A DNA stretch of 63,857 nt, the filler included. It is 5 parts of 5 records of this genome, joined end to end, with 100 filler letters (N's around TTAATTAATTAA, not from the genome) between each part and the next. Parts side by side here need not be neighbours in the genome. Positions count along the whole stretch, not along the records: positions 18,944 to 47,267 come from SRR20825019_100; positions 47,368 to 52,649 come from SRR20825019_101; 3 more parts are not named here. One strand, 5' to 3'. Every line of letters starts with the position of its first letter. Within the stretch, counting starts at the first letter, position 1. This document shows, piece by piece, positions 40,272 through 51,485 of the stretch. The notes under the pieces are model-generated. The model was not told where the DNA came from and ran no database searches. It saw nothing but the letters and a program-made list of their open reading frames with translations. Both the position numbers and the translations under genes were made by a program.

Positions 40272-41876
40272 ATGGCCGAGAAAAGCTGCGCTGACGCGAT
40301 TGTCGGGCTGATGGAAAGCTACGGGATCGATACGATCTTCGGAATTCCGGGTGTGCATACCGTGGCTTTCTACCGGGGGCTGGTCTCAAGTGGTTTGCGT
40401 CATGTGACGCCCCGGCATGAGCAGGGTGCGGCGCTGATGGCCTATGGATACGGCCTTGCAACCGGCCGCCCCGCCGCCTGTTCCGTCATCACCGGCCCGG
40501 GCCTGCTGAATGCCGCGACGGGGATCGGCCAGGCCTATTCGGATTCCGTGCCGATGCTGGTTGTTGCCGCGGCGAACAAGAGCAACGAGCTCGGCATGGG
40601 GCAGGGCTTCCTGCACGAAATGCCGAACCAGCATGACGCGGCGCGGACCGTCACCGCCTTCAATCACCAACTGCGGGCTCCGGAAAACCTGCCGGAAGTG
40701 TTTGCGCAGGCCTTTGCCCAGTTCAATAGCGGACGTCCCCGCCCGGTTGGGCTGGAGGTGCCGCGCGATCTGTTTGACCTGGGCGCCAATGTCGATGCAG
40801 CCGCATGGCCAGGAACGCCAAAGCCAGGGCCTGAAGCCGGTGCTGTAACTGAGGCTGCGGCACTCTTGTCCGGGGCCGAAAGGCCGGTCCTGTTGCTCGG
40901 CGGCGGGGCGAAATGGGCCGGGGCGGAAGCGCTGGCTCTGGCTGAACGACTCGGTGCACTGGTCGTGACAACCACGGCCGCCAAGGGAGCGATCCCGGAA
41001 ACCCATCCCCTCAGCGCCGGGGCGACGCTGGAGCTTGAGCCGACCCAGCGGGTGCTTGCGGCTGCCGATATCGTGCTCGCTGTCGGCTCCGAGTTGGCGG
41101 AGACCAGTTTCTGGACGAGTGCTGCCAGTATCCGGCTTGGAGACCAACTGATCCGCGTGGATATCGATCCGGCGCAGCTCGTGCGCAGCTTCCGGCCCGA
41201 CCTTGCGATCCTGGGGGATGCAGCGCTGACCATGGCCGCCCTGACCGAATGCCTTGCAGGCACACCTGTCACAGGCGCCGAAGAGCGCGCGGCGCGGCTC
41301 TGGGGTGAGAACCGTGCGGAGCATGAGGTGCCCGAGACGATGAACCGTTGCCGCATGCTTAATATGCTGGCCGAGTATCTGCCGGAGAATTGCTTCATCT
41401 CTCTCGATTCGACGCAGGTCGCCTATACCGGCGCTTCCTACTTCCGGATCGATCATCCCAATGGCTGGCATTTCCCGAACGGCTTCGGAACGCTCGGCAC
41501 CGGGGTGCCGACGGCGATCGGCGCGAAGCTTGGCGCGCCGGAGCGGCCGGCCATGGTGATTGCCGGCGATGGCGGGTTGCTGTTCACGGCGGAGGAGCTG
41601 ATTGTTGCGGCGGAGCTGCGTATGCCCTTGCCTGTGGTGGTCTGGAACAATGGCGGTTATGGCGAGATCCGGGATCACATGATCAATGCGGGTGTGCAGC
41701 CGCTGGGCACGGACCTGCTTGTGCCGGACTTCTCCGCGCTCGCGGCGGCCTACCATTGCGGTTATGCCCGGCCCGAAAGCGCGGAAGGCTTCGGCAATGC
41801 ACTCGCCGAAGCCTTCGCGGCAGCGGGTCCGACCCTGATCGAACTCAGGTCGGACGCCGCGTTTCTGAATGCGTGA
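40272..41876 (+). CDS. ThDP-dependent enzyme (5-guanidino-2-oxopentanoate decarboxylase-like)
   Basis: FGIPGVH, RHEQGA, TGPG, GDGG...WNN. Confidence 0.8.
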   Translation: MAEKSCADAIVGLMESYGIDTIFGIPGVHTVAFYRGLVSSGLRHVTPRHEQGAALMAYGYGLATGRPAACSVITGPGLLNAATGIGQAYSDSVPMLVVAAANKSNELGMGQGFLHEMPNQHDAARTVTAFNHQLRAPENLPEVFAQAFAQFNSGRPRPVGLEVPRDLFDLGANVDAAAWPGTPKPGPEAGAVTEAAALLSGAERPVLLLGGGAKWAGAEALALAERLGALVVTTTAAKGAIPETHPLSAGATLELEPTQRVLAAADIVLAVGSELAETSFWTSAASIRLGDQLIRVDIDPAQLVRSFRPDLAILGDAALTMAALTECLAGTPVTGAEERAARLWGENRAEHEVPETMNRCRMLNMLAEYLPENCFISLDSTQVAYTGASYFRIDHPNGWHFPNGFGTLGTGVPTAIGAKLGAPERPAMVIAGDGGLLFTAEELIVAAELRMPLPVVVWNNGGYGEIRDHMINAGVQPLGTDLLVPDFSALAAAYHCGYARPESAEGFGNALAEAFAAAGPTLIELRSDAAFLNA

Positions 41877-41878
41877 GG

Positions 41879-42688
41879 TTAGCCGCCGAGCAGCTCTTTA
41901 GCCTTCTCGAGAATCGGCTCCGGCAGCCGCGTCGGTTTGCGCGCGTCGAGGTCGAGATGCACGCCGAACTGGCTGAGTTCGGCCAGCCGGATGTTTTTCG
42001 TCGTATCCATCAGGCGATGCACCATCCGGATTGACGAGGAGCCGACATGAGCGACTGTGCTGTCGATATGCACGAGATCGCCGCTGTCCGGCCAATGGTC
42101 CATCTCGATCTGGAATTCGAAGGTCGAGAAGCCGCGCCGGTTTTCACGCAGATACGCGGGGCTCATGCCGATGGTGGCGAGGGCATGGAAGCCGGAGCCG
42201 GAGAACTGGTGAATCAACCCACCCAGACCGAGTTTGCCTGTCCAGTCGAGATCGCTTGGCCGCACCACGTCCATCCCGGCGCGGACCCATTTCGCTGAGG
42301 CCGCTGCGGGCGCCCGCTCTTCCTTCGCCGGGCCGTCCCACTCGGCGGCGGAGCCGGTCAATGCGGCGCCGTCCAGGGTCTGCTCCATTGTGGTGCAGAG
42401 TTTTCCGTTCTCGGAATTGAACAGCTTGTGGGCGATGACGGGCCGGAAGCCGGTTTCGATCAGACCTGTCTCGATATGGAACAGGTCGCCCTTCCGGAGT
42501 TCGGCGTGATAGCGCGTATAGCAGTCCGTCGTGCGCGCCTTGCTCGGGTCGACGCCATGGTCGCGCAGGAAGCGCCAGCCGGCCGCTTCGAATTTTTCAT
42601 AGTAATAGGCGACGGTGAAATGTTCGACGACGTCGCATTCCCAGGCTTTGACGTCGCCCCGAAAGGTTTCGGAGAATCCAGAACTCAT
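41879..42688 (-). CDS. Double hotdog-fold thioesterase family protein
   Basis: VKAWECDVVEH and a second hotdog repeat VRPSDLDW; HLDLDARK. Confidence 0.75.
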   Translation of the reverse strand: MSSGFSETFRGDVKAWECDVVEHFTVAYYYEKFEAAGWRFLRDHGVDPSKARTTDCYTRYHAELRKGDLFHIETGLIETGFRPVIAHKLFNSENGKLCTTMEQTLDGAALTGSAAEWDGPAKEERAPAAASAKWVRAGMDVVRPSDLDWTGKLGLGGLIHQFSGSGFHALATIGMSPAYLRENRRGFSTFEFQIEMDHWPDSGDLVHIDSTVAHVGSSSIRMVHRLMDTTKNIRLAELSQFGVHLDLDARKPTRLPEPILEKAKELLGG

Positions 42689-42908
42689 ATCCACTTTCCA
42701 GCTTTGCAGAATCGGAGCGTGACTATAGGCCGTTCCACTCAATGATCGTCAATTCCCCAAATTCTGCGATGCTGTGCTTCTATTACTTGAAAAAAATGGA
42801 AAACCGGGCGATACGCCAAAGTCTTACGTTCTCGGCAATCGATAAATTTTGCTGAAAATTAAAGATAGATAGAATTGAGAGGCTGGGTAAATTTCAGTAA
42901 ACGGTTAA

Positions 42909-42923
42909 TAAAGTCATGGTTAA
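42909..42923. promoter_or_regulatory. Candidate CtrA box
   Basis: Minus strand TTAA-CCATGAC-TTTA, including TTAACCAT, in an AT-rich divergent intergenic region. Confidence 0.45.
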
Positions 42924-42967
42924 AATAAATTCTATTATTTTTTCATGCGGGCTCGCGGGGGGATAGT

Positions 42968-43894
42968 TTGGCGATTAGCTGGCGACAGAACAAAGTGGTG
43001 AAGCGCGTAAGGCGCTTCTGGTTCGCTTTTCTGCGCACACTTTCCGTCGACGAGACAAAGCTTGAAATCGATTTCGAGATCGAGGAGGAGGAACCCGAGG
43101 AGGAAGAAGTCCTCGGTCCCTGGCATCCGAAGACCATCGAAATGATCGAGGCTATCTGGGGCAAGGGCTTCAACATGCCAGGCGGTGCACAGCACGTCCT
43201 GACCCTGGCAAAGCCGTTCGCCCTCGACAATCAAATGAACCTGCTTGACCTGAGCAGCGGCATGGCCGGCGGCACGATCGCAGTGACCAGCCAGTTCGGC
43301 TGCTATGCCACTCTGCTTGAGAACGTGCCGGAGCTGGCGGAGATCTCCAAGCGCAATATCGACATGTCGCAGACCCGCGCGAAGATCAAATTGCAGGAAT
43401 ACGATCCGGCAAAGATCACGCTCAAGGCGAACAGTTTCGACTGTATCCTGACCCGGGAATTCCTGTTCAGAACCGAGGACAAGACCCGCATGCTGCGCAC
43501 CCTGAAGCGGGCGCTGCGCATGTACGGGCAATTGTCGCTGACTGATTTTGTGCTGCCGCCGGGCAAGGAGCCGTCCGCCGCCGTTCAGAAATGGATCAAG
43601 AACGACCCTTTCCCGATTCATCTCTGGTCCATGGATCGTTACGACGCGGAAATGGCGGCGTTGGAAATGGATGTCCGGGTGTCCGAGAATATCAGCAAGG
43701 ATTATCACAGCTATATGACCCGGGCCTTCCAGAGCTTTATCGACCGTTATCAGGACGGCCGGATCAAAGCCACGCCGGGGCAGCTTGAGATTTTGATGGG
43801 CGAGGTGGAGCGCTGGGCGCGGCTTGCGGCGCTGCTCGAAGCAGGAGAGGTTCGCCTGCATCGCTATTTTGCCCTGAAGCCCGTAAAGGCCTGA
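42968..43894 (+). CDS. SAM-methyltransferase-fold protein with degenerate motif I
   Basis: IWGKGFNMPGG, LLDLSSGMAG, FDCIL, GQLSLTDF. Confidence 0.7.
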   Translation: MAISWRQNKVVKRVRRFWFAFLRTLSVDETKLEIDFEIEEEEPEEEEVLGPWHPKTIEMIEAIWGKGFNMPGGAQHVLTLAKPFALDNQMNLLDLSSGMAGGTIAVTSQFGCYATLLENVPELAEISKRNIDMSQTRAKIKLQEYDPAKITLKANSFDCILTREFLFRTEDKTRMLRTLKRALRMYGQLSLTDFVLPPGKEPSAAVQKWIKNDPFPIHLWSMDRYDAEMAALEMDVRVSENISKDYHSYMTRAFQSFIDRYQDGRIKATPGQLEILMGEVERWARLAALLEAGEVRLHRYFALKPVKA

Positions 43895-43939
43895 CCGGGA
43901 AGCGGTTCCCGGGCTGAGCGTTTTTTCAGGCATCAAGCG

Positions 43940-43968
43940 TTGACAACCCCCATCCTCCACCATATGTT
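43940..43968 (+). promoter_or_regulatory. Sigma70 promoter of rpmJ
   Basis: TTGACA-N17-TATGTT. Confidence 0.7.
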
Positions 43969-44022
43969 CCGCGCTTCTCGAAGGCAGCTAGCCTTTCCGA
44001 CGGAATTATTTGGACTCGTGTC

Positions 44023-44148
44023 ATGAAAATCGCGAATTCGATCAAAACGCTGAAGAAGCGGGACCGTAATTGTCGCGTTGTTCGCCGCAAGGGCCGGACT
44101 TACGTGATCAATAAACAGAATCCGCGCTTCAAGGCACGCCAGGGCTAA
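44023..44148 (+). CDS. rpmJ: 50S ribosomal protein L36 (type B, Zn-free)
   Basis: Not in ORF track; [41 protein letters not shown]. Confidence 0.97.
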   Translation: MKIANSIKTLKKRDRNCRVVRRKGRTYVINKQNPRFKARQG

Positions 44149-44169
44149 TCGCTCCGGCCTGATCCGATC

Positions 44170-44202
44170 AAGGCGGCTGTCCGTAAGGACCGTCGCCTTT
44201 TT
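44170..44202 (+). terminator. Intrinsic terminator after rpmJ
   Basis: AAGGCGGC...GTCGCCTT followed by a T run. Confidence 0.7.
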
Positions 44203-44323
44203 CATGTTCAAACCAGTTGTTCCGTATCGTGGGATCTGATCTTGCGATCCGAAATCACGGCGTCAGATTGCCCCCAATGTCCGACGGCCCTATTGTGGCC
44301 GGAAAAGAACATGGGAGAGCGCT

Positions 44324-45811
44324 ATGCAGATGCCGGAGCCGGATCAGGCCATTATCGGCCGCCGCGAGAAAATCGCGGCCGCGCTCAGGTCTATCGTTCC
44401 CGGTGAGGGAGTGATCACCGAGACCGATTCCATGCGTGTCTACGAGACCGACGGTCTCTCCGCCTATCGTCAGTTGCCGATGATTGTTGTGCTGCCGGAA
44501 ACCACGCAGCAGGTGGCGGATATCCTGCGCTACTGCAAGGAAGAGGGCGTGAAGGTCGTGCCGCGCGGTGCGGGGACAGGTCTGTCCGGCGGCGCCTTGC
44601 CGCTGGCCGATGGTGTCCTGCTCGGCCTTGGCAAGTTCAACCGGATTCTCGAGATCGATTACGACAACCGCGCCGTGGTGACCCAGCCGGGCGTGACCAA
44701 TCTCGGCATCACTCACGCCGTGCAGGATGATGGCTTCTATTACGCGCCGGATCCATCCAGCCAGATCGCCTGTTCGATCGGTGGCAATATCGCGGAGAAT
44801 TCCGGTGGCGTGCACAGCCTGAAATACGGGCTGACCACCAACAACGTCCTCGGTGTGGAGTTCGTCACCATCGATGGCGAGATCCTGCGTTTCGGCGGCA
44901 AGCATCTGGAAGCGGACGGGTACGATTTCCTCGGTCTGATCACCGGCTCCGAAGGCCTCCTCGGCGTGGTGACGGAGATCACCGTGCGCATTCTGCGCAA
45001 GCCGTCGACGGCGCGCGCCGTGCTGGTCGGCTTCCCGACACCGGAAGAAGCGGGCGCCTGCGTCGCGGCGGTGATCGGTGCCGGGATCATTCCGGGCGGC
45101 ATGGAGATGATGGACAATCCGGCAATCAACGCGGCGGAAGATTTCGTTCATGCGGGCTATCCGCGCGATGTTGGCGCGCTTTTGATCGTTGAGCTGGACG
45201 GGCCGGAGGTCGAGGTCGATTACCTGATCGGCCGGGTGCGCGAGATCGCCGAAGCGAACGGCGCGACCGAGGTCCGGATCAGCGAGAGCGAGGACGAGCG
45301 CAATACTTTTTGGGCCGGGCGCAAGGCCGCGTTTCCGGCGGTCGGCAGAATCTCCCCCGACTATATCTGCATGGATGGCACCATCCCGCGCAAACAGCTC
45401 CCGGAGATCCTGACCCGGATGAGCGTGATGTCGAAGAAGCACAATCTCCGGGTCGCCAATGTTTTCCATGCCGGTGACGGCAACCTGCATCCGCTGATCC
45501 TGTTCGATGCGAACAAGGAGGGAGAGCTGGAGCGGGCGGAGGCATTTGGCGCCGACATCCTGACAGCCTGCGTCGAGCTTGGCGGTGTGTTGACGGGCGA
45601 ACATGGCGTCGGCATCGAGAAGCGCGATCTGATGGGCGCGATGTTCACGGAGACCGACCTCAATCAGCAGCAACGGGTCAAATGCGCTTTCGATCCGGAT
45701 GGCTTGCTGAACCCGGGCAAGGTCTTCCCGCAATTGCATCGTTGCGCCGAGCTCGGCCGGATGCATGTCAGCGCGGGCCAGTTGCCCTTTCCCGATATTC
45801 CCCGTTTCTGA
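44324..45811 (+). CDS. glcD: Glycolate oxidase subunit GlcD
   Basis: PRGAGTGLSGG, APDPSSQ, HAGDGNLHP, GEHGVG. Confidence 0.92.
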   Translation: MQMPEPDQAIIGRREKIAAALRSIVPGEGVITETDSMRVYETDGLSAYRQLPMIVVLPETTQQVADILRYCKEEGVKVVPRGAGTGLSGGALPLADGVLLGLGKFNRILEIDYDNRAVVTQPGVTNLGITHAVQDDGFYYAPDPSSQIACSIGGNIAENSGGVHSLKYGLTTNNVLGVEFVTIDGEILRFGGKHLEADGYDFLGLITGSEGLLGVVTEITVRILRKPSTARAVLVGFPTPEEAGACVAAVIGAGIIPGGMEMMDNPAINAAEDFVHAGYPRDVGALLIVELDGPEVEVDYLIGRVREIAEANGATEVRISESEDERNTFWAGRKAAFPAVGRISPDYICMDGTIPRKQLPEILTRMSVMSKKHNLRVANVFHAGDGNLHPLILFDANKEGELERAEAFGADILTACVELGGVLTGEHGVGIEKRDLMGAMFTETDLNQQQRVKCAFDPDGLLNPGKVFPQLHRCAELGRMHVSAGQLPFPDIPRF

Positions 45812-45850
45812 TGCCGTTACGGCCAATTATTTAAGTTCCCTGGAGTAGGC

Positions 45851-47074
45851 ATGGCCTCCACTTTCAAACCGGACGACGCCAATCAGGTCGAAGAGGCGAT
45901 TGCATGGGCGGTTGCCAATGGCGAGCCGCTGGAGCTGTCCGGACGCGGCAGCAAGAAGGCTCTTGGCCGTCCGTTTCAGGCGGAAACGGCGCTCGATCTT
46001 TCCGCCCTCAGCGGTGTGATCGATTACGAGCCGGAAGAGCTGGTACTTACGGCTTATCCCTCGACTCCAATGGCCGAGATAGAGGCGCTGCTTGCCGCTA
46101 ACAACCAGATGCTTGCCTTCGAGCCGATGGATCTGACGGCGCTGCTTGGCGGTACATCTTCTGAAGGCAGTCTCGCCGGTGCATTGATGATCAACAGTGG
46201 CGGGCCGCGCCGGATCAAGGCGGGCTCGGCCCGGGATCATTTGCTCGGGTTCGAGGCGGTGAGCGGCCGGGCCGAACAGTTCAAGTCCGGCGCGCGCGTG
46301 GTGAAGAACGTGACCGGCTACGATCTGCCGAAGATTATCTGCGGCTCATACGGCACGCTGGCGGCGGTAACCAAGATCGATGTGAAGGTCCTGCCTTCGC
46401 CGGAGAAGGTCTACACCGTCTTGGTGCTTGGCCTTGATGACCCGGCCGCCGTGAAGGCGATGAGTGTGGCCATGAACAGCGCCTATGAAGTGTCCGCTGC
46501 GGCTCATGTGCCTGCGGATCTTACCGGGAAGTCCGCTGTGTCCTATATCAAGGGTGCCGGAGTATCCGTCACGGCACTGCGGATCGAAGGATTCGGGCCA
46601 TCCGTCGAACGCCGTTGCGCCGATTTGCGCGAGGAATTGTCCGCGTTCGGTGCGGTTGAGGAACTGCATACCACGAACAGCCAGAGTTTCTGGCGTGAGG
46701 TTCGGGACGTGCAGTATCTGGTGGCACCGTTGCCCGCTCCGGTTTGGCGCATATCCGTGCCGCCGTCCGCCGGAGCCGACGTGGCGGGGAGGCTGTCCGC
46801 GATGGACGGCGCTGCCTGGTTCTCGGACTGGGCAGGCGGCCTGATCTGGTTGCAGCTCCCGGCCTCGGACGATGCCGGTGCCGAGGCGGTGCGCGCGACT
46901 GTCGGCTCTGCCGGTGGACACGCGACTCTGGTGCGTGCAGGGCAGGAGGTGCGGGCGGCCGTTCCGGTTTTCCATCCGCAGCCGGACGCGATTGCGGCGC
47001 TCAGCCTGCGCCTCAAGGAAAGTTTCGATCCGAAACACATCCTCAACCCCGGCCGCATGTATGCGGGCGTCTGA
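45851..47074 (+). CDS. glcE: Glycolate oxidase FAD subunit GlcE
   Basis: [36 protein letters not shown]. Confidence 0.92.
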   Translation: MASTFKPDDANQVEEAIAWAVANGEPLELSGRGSKKALGRPFQAETALDLSALSGVIDYEPEELVLTAYPSTPMAEIEALLAANNQMLAFEPMDLTALLGGTSSEGSLAGALMINSGGPRRIKAGSARDHLLGFEAVSGRAEQFKSGARVVKNVTGYDLPKIICGSYGTLAAVTKIDVKVLPSPEKVYTVLVLGLDDPAAVKAMSVAMNSAYEVSAAAHVPADLTGKSAVSYIKGAGVSVTALRIEGFGPSVERRCADLREELSAFGAVEELHTTNSQSFWREVRDVQYLVAPLPAPVWRISVPPSAGADVAGRLSAMDGAAWFSDWAGGLIWLQLPASDDAGAEAVRATVGSAGGHATLVRAGQEVRAAVPVFHPQPDAIAALSLRLKESFDPKHILNPGRMYAGV

Positions 47075-47088
47075 GAGGGCGAGATATC

Positions 47089-47267
47089 ATGCAGACGAAC
47101 TTTAGCCTCGCCCAGCTCGCCGATCCGGCGGTCAGGGAATCCGAAAGCATCCTGCGCAAGTGCGTGCATTGCGGATTCTGTACCGCGACCTGCCCGACAT
47201 TTGTGCTGCTCGGGGACGAGCTGGACAGCCCGCGCGGCCGGATCTACCTGATCAAGGACATGCTGGA
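47089..47267 (+). CDS. glcF: Glycolate oxidase Fe-S subunit GlcF (3'-truncated)
   Basis: MQTNF...[13 protein letters not shown]...DSPRGRI. Confidence 0.9.
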
Positions 47268-47367
47268 NNNNNNNNNNNNNNNNNNNNNNNNNNNNNNNNN
47301 NNNNNNNNNNNTTAATTAATTAANNNNNNNNNNNNNNNNNNNNNNNNNNNNNNNNNNNNNNNNNNNN
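47268..47367. other. Artificial contig linker
   Basis: N44-TTAATTAATTAA-N44. Confidence 0.98.
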
Positions 47368-48246
47368 CCGGGCAAGATGCATGCCTGCGGCCATGACCTG
47401 CACACCTCTGCCCTTCTGGGAGCGGCCCATGCGTTGAAACAGATGGCGCCGAAGCTGCGCGGCACTGTCCGCCTTGTGTTCCAGCCCGCCGAGGAAACGC
47501 TGGAGAGCGGCGCCGCCGCGATGCTGGCCGATGGCGCCGGCGACGGTGCGGACATGGCCATCGCCTTCCACAACCGCCCCGAGCTGGAGGCGGGCAAGCT
47601 GCGGCTGAACCGTGGCGCCGGCACGGCGTCCAGCGACGAATTCAAGGTGACGATCCGCGGCAAGTCCGGCCATGCCGCCCGGCCTCATGCCGCGATCGAC
47701 CCGATCGTCGGCGCGGCCCATGTCATCGCCCAGCTTCAGACCATCATTTCGCGCGAGATGGATCCGGCGCGCTCGGCTGTGCTGACCATCGGCCATATTG
47801 TCGGCGGCGAGACGCAGAACATCATTCCCGACAGCTGCACATTCGAGGGCACCGCGCGCTGCCGCAGCCCGGAGTCGCGCGACCGCGTCGAGGATTCCTT
47901 CCGCCGGATCTGCACCAATGCGGCCGCTGCCATGAACCTCGAAGCCGAGATCGACTATGTGCGCGGCGTGCCGGCCCTGATCAACGACGACGCCATGGTC
48001 GATCGCGCCGCCGTGGCACTCGAGGCCCAGTTCGGCGCAGCGCCCCTCGTGTCCGAGGAGTCCAGCTTCGGGGCCGAGGATTTCTCTCTGTTCAGCGAGC
48101 GCATGCCCTCGATCCAGATTCATGTCGGAGCGCAGACCCCCGGCCGCGACGACCGCGTCCACAATTCCGATTACCAGCCCAATGAAAGCTGCATCGCGGA
48201 TAGCGCCATCGTGCTGACCCGCATGGCGACCGAGCTGCTCGGCTGA
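47368..48246 (+). CDS. M20D amidohydrolase (5'-truncated)
   Basis: MHACGHD, FQPAEE, GHAARPH, AEDF. Confidence 0.9.
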   Translation, partial: PGKMHACGHDLHTSALLGAAHALKQMAPKLRGTVRLVFQPAEETLESGAAAMLADGAGDGADMAIAFHNRPELEAGKLRLNRGAGTASSDEFKVTIRGKSGHAARPHAAIDPIVGAAHVIAQLQTIISREMDPARSAVLTIGHIVGGETQNIIPDSCTFEGTARCRSPESRDRVEDSFRRICTNAAAAMNLEAEIDYVRGVPALINDDAMVDRAAVALEAQFGAAPLVSEESSFGAEDFSLFSERMPSIQIHVGAQTPGRDDRVHNSDYQPNESCIADSAIVLTRMATELLG

Positions 48247-48284
48247 GCGGCTCCAATCACAGAAACCAACAGAGAGGACTATAC

Positions 48285-49139
48285 ATGTTCAAGATCACAC
48301 GCGCCCTTGCCGGCGCCGCTCTTTCCGTCGCACTTCTGGCCGCTTCCGGCGCCCATGCAGACGTGACCGACCGGACCATCGTCATCGCCACCGAAGGCTC
48401 ATTCCCTCCGTCCAACATGACACGCCCCAACGGCGAGCTCTACGGGTTCGAGATCGACATGGTGAACGAGATCGCCAAGCGCCAGAACCTGAAGATCGAG
48501 CTGATCTCGCAGGCCTGGGACGGCATGATCCAGGGGCTCATAGACGGCAAGTACGACGCCATTGTCGACGGGGTCAGCATCACCCCCGCCCGTCAGGAAG
48601 TGGTCGACTTCACCCACAACTACACCGTTGGCGGGTCCACCTTCGTCGTCATGAACGCGGCGGGCATCGACTTGCCGATGGATGGTGAACCCGCGCGGCT
48701 CGATGATCCCGAGAGCATCGAGCCGGCTGTGGACGCCGTCGCCGAGGTTCTCGCCGGCAAGACGGTCGGCGTGCAGCAGGCGACGATCCAGTCCAAGTTC
48801 CTCGAAAAATACCTCGAGGATCGGGGCGTCGACGTGCGCACCTACCCGAACGGTCCCGACGTCTACCAGGATCTCAGCGTCGGGCGCATCGACGCGGGCA
48901 TCGCTTCGCTCACCAATGTTTCGGCCTTCCTCGAGAAAAACGCCGACAAGGCCATCGCGACCGGGCCGTCCTTCAGCGGCGGCGTCATGGGGAATGGCTC
49001 GGGGCTGGTTGTCCAGAAGGGCGACGCAGAACTGCGCGACGCATTGAACGCCGGGCTGGAAAGCATGGTGGCCGATGGTACGCTGGCCGAGCTATCCGAA
49101 AAGTGGTTCGGAATCGTCATCACCCCGCAGCAATACTGA
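48285..49139 (+). CDS. Polar amino-acid/opine ABC substrate-binding protein
   Basis: Signal peptide, ATEGSFPP, WDGMIQGL, GRIDA. Confidence 0.9.
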   Translation: MFKITRALAGAALSVALLAASGAHADVTDRTIVIATEGSFPPSNMTRPNGELYGFEIDMVNEIAKRQNLKIELISQAWDGMIQGLIDGKYDAIVDGVSITPARQEVVDFTHNYTVGGSTFVVMNAAGIDLPMDGEPARLDDPESIEPAVDAVAEVLAGKTVGVQQATIQSKFLEKYLEDRGVDVRTYPNGPDVYQDLSVGRIDAGIASLTNVSAFLEKNADKAIATGPSFSGGVMGNGSGLVVQKGDAELRDALNAGLESMVADGTLAELSEKWFGIVITPQQY

Positions 49140-49146
49140 CGGGCGC

Positions 49147-49866
49147 ATGACTTCAGAGCTTTATCTCCTGGGCTTCGGCCCCGAAGGATGGGGGCCGGTG
49201 CTTGTGCGCGCCGGTCTCATGACCCTCGCCGTTTCGATCTCGGCCTTCCTGCTGGGCACCGCTCTGGGAACGCTGACCGTCTGGGGACGGGTCTCGGGCA
49301 ACTTCTGGGCGCGCCGGTTCGCGGAAATCTACGTGGTGGTCCTGCGCGGCGTGCCCGATCTTCTGGTCATCTTTCTGTTCTACTTCGGTGGCCGCCAGGT
49401 TGTGGCCGTCATCGGCACCACGCTCGGCTTCGAAGGCCCCTTCGACATCAGTGGATTCGTTGCCGGCATGCTGGCGATCGGCCTGATCTCGGGCGCCGCC
49501 CAGTCCGAGGTTTTGCGCGGGGCCTACCAGGCTGTGCCCACCGGCACGCTTGAGGCAGGCCGGGTCGTGGGCATGACGCGCTGGCAGCTTTTCCGCCGCA
49601 TAACCGCGCCGCAGGCGATGGTGACCGCGATCCCGGGCATGGGCAACCAGTGGCAATCCGTCATCAAGGAAAGCGCGCTGGTCTCGGTCACCGGCCTGGT
49701 TGAGACCATGCGCCAGGTCTCGATCGCCGCCGGTACGACACAGAAACCTTTCCTGTTCTACGCCGCGGCAGCCGTCATCTATCTGGTCATCACCACCCTG
49801 TCCGATCAGGTCTTCCGCCTGCTCGAACGGCGCACGATGGCCGGTTATTCCGGAGAGGCCCGCTGA
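49147..49866 (+). CDS. Polar amino-acid ABC permease
   Basis: [21 protein letters not shown]. Confidence 0.9.
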   Translation: MTSELYLLGFGPEGWGPVLVRAGLMTLAVSISAFLLGTALGTLTVWGRVSGNFWARRFAEIYVVVLRGVPDLLVIFLFYFGGRQVVAVIGTTLGFEGPFDISGFVAGMLAIGLISGAAQSEVLRGAYQAVPTGTLEAGRVVGMTRWQLFRRITAPQAMVTAIPGMGNQWQSVIKESALVSVTGLVETMRQVSIAAGTTQKPFLFYAAAAVIYLVITTLSDQVFRLLERRTMAGYSGEAR

Positions 49867-50552
49867 TGGATTTTTCCTATTTCGTTTCCCTCTTCAAGGC
49901 GCTCCTCTCCGGCCTGCCGCTGACGCTGAACCTTGCCTTTTTCGCGCTGTTGGGCGGCTTCATTATAGGCCTGCTGCTGAACCTCGCGCGCACCACGCGG
50001 GCCGGCAACGCCGTGGCGGGGTTCTACATCTTCATCTTCCGCGGCACCCCGTTGCTGGTGCAGCTCTTCATGATTTATTTCGGCCTGGCGCAGTTCGAAT
50101 TCATCCGGTCCAGCTTTCTGTGGCCGCTGCTGCGCGAACCCTATTGGTGCGGCCTGATCGCGCTGATGCTCAACGACGCCGCCTACACGTCGGAGATCCT
50201 GCGCGGCGGGCTGCGCGCCGTCCCGAAGGGTACGCAGGAAGCAGCACGCGTCAGCGGCATGTCGGGCCTTCAGGTCCTGCGTCGTGTGACCCTGCCGATT
50301 GCGGTCAGGCAGGCCCTTCCTGCCTATTCCAACGAGATCATCTCGATGCTGAAATCCACCGCGCTCGTCAGCATGATCAGCCTGATGGACGTCACCGGCA
50401 TCGCTCGCGAGGCCGTGGCGGAAACCTGGCACGCGGTCGAGATCTTCGTCTGCGCGGGTCTGATCTACCTGGTGATGTCGCTGATCATCACCCGCGCGAC
50501 ATCCCTTGTCGAGCGCGCCCTTTCTCCCTGGCAATTCGGAGCAAGACAATGA
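49866..50552 (+). CDS. Polar amino-acid ABC permease
   Basis: [25 protein letters not shown]. Confidence 0.9.
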   Translation: MDFSYFVSLFKALLSGLPLTLNLAFFALLGGFIIGLLLNLARTTRAGNAVAGFYIFIFRGTPLLVQLFMIYFGLAQFEFIRSSFLWPLLREPYWCGLIALMLNDAAYTSEILRGGLRAVPKGTQEAARVSGMSGLQVLRRVTLPIAVRQALPAYSNEIISMLKSTALVSMISLMDVTGIAREAVAETWHAVEIFVCAGLIYLVMSLIITRATSLVERALSPWQFGARQ

Positions 50553-51322
50553 CTTCCAATCTCCCAGCAGTCTCGGTCAAGGGGCTGCACAAGAGCTTCG
50601 GCGAGAACGAAGTGCTTCGCGGCATCGACCTGACGGCGCATGATGGCGACGTTATCTCGCTGATCGGGGCCAGCGGCTCCGGCAAGAGCACGCTTCTGCG
50701 CTGCATTCCCATGCTCGAAACGCCGGACAATGGCTATATTTCTGTCGGCGGCGCGAATCTGTCACCCACCGGCGGCAAGCTGACCCGGTCCGAGATACGC
50801 ACTGCCCGCACCATGCGCCGCGATCTCGGCTTCGTGTTCCAGAACTTCAACCTCTGGCCCCATCGCACCGTGTTGCAGAACGTGATCGAGGCCCCGCTGA
50901 TCGTGCAGCGCCGCAACAAGGCCGAATGCCGGGAGGAGGCGCTGGCGTTGCTCGAAAAGGTTGGCCTGCCCGAAAAGGCGGATGCCTGGCCGAACGAACT
51001 TTCGGGCGGGCAGCAGCAGCGCGTCGCCATCGCCCGTGCGCTGGCGCAAAAACCCCGCGCGCTGCTTTTCGACGAACCGACCTCCGCGCTTGACCCCGAA
51101 CTGGTGGGCGAGGTGCTCAAAGTCATGCGCGACCTCGCCGACGAGGGCCGCACCATGATCATTGTCACCCATGAAATGGGCTTTGCCCGCGAGGTATCGA
51201 GCCGCACTGTCTTCCTTCACCAGGGGGTGATCGAAGAGGACGGCACGCCCGAAGAGGTATTCAGCGAGACCCAATCGGACCGCTGCCGCGCCTTCCTCAG
51301 CGGCTATTTCGACCGCGCATGA
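50549..51322 (+). CDS. Polar amino-acid ABC ATPase
   Basis: [27 protein letters not shown]. Confidence 0.92.
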   Translation: MTSNLPAVSVKGLHKSFGENEVLRGIDLTAHDGDVISLIGASGSGKSTLLRCIPMLETPDNGYISVGGANLSPTGGKLTRSEIRTARTMRRDLGFVFQNFNLWPHRTVLQNVIEAPLIVQRRNKAECREEALALLEKVGLPEKADAWPNELSGGQQQRVAIARALAQKPRALLFDEPTSALDPELVGEVLKVMRDLADEGRTMIIVTHEMGFAREVSSRTVFLHQGVIEEDGTPEEVFSETQSDRCRAFLSGYFDRA

Positions 51323-51485
51323 GAACAGGCTGCCGCATGCCGGAAGCGTCGCCTTGAGGGTTTTCGCCAGGGCATGGACATAAACAGACAACATCACATA
51401 ATTTGAGGCAGTTAGGATTCCAAAGAGTGGTTCCCCAGTTCGAATCCCTTCAAGGTGCCCCATTCAGATGGGCTTGACACCCCCT

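Noticed and set aside
51390-51465. Intact tRNA gene
   Set aside because: Only a T-loop/CCA-like fragment; no D or anticodon arms could be folded
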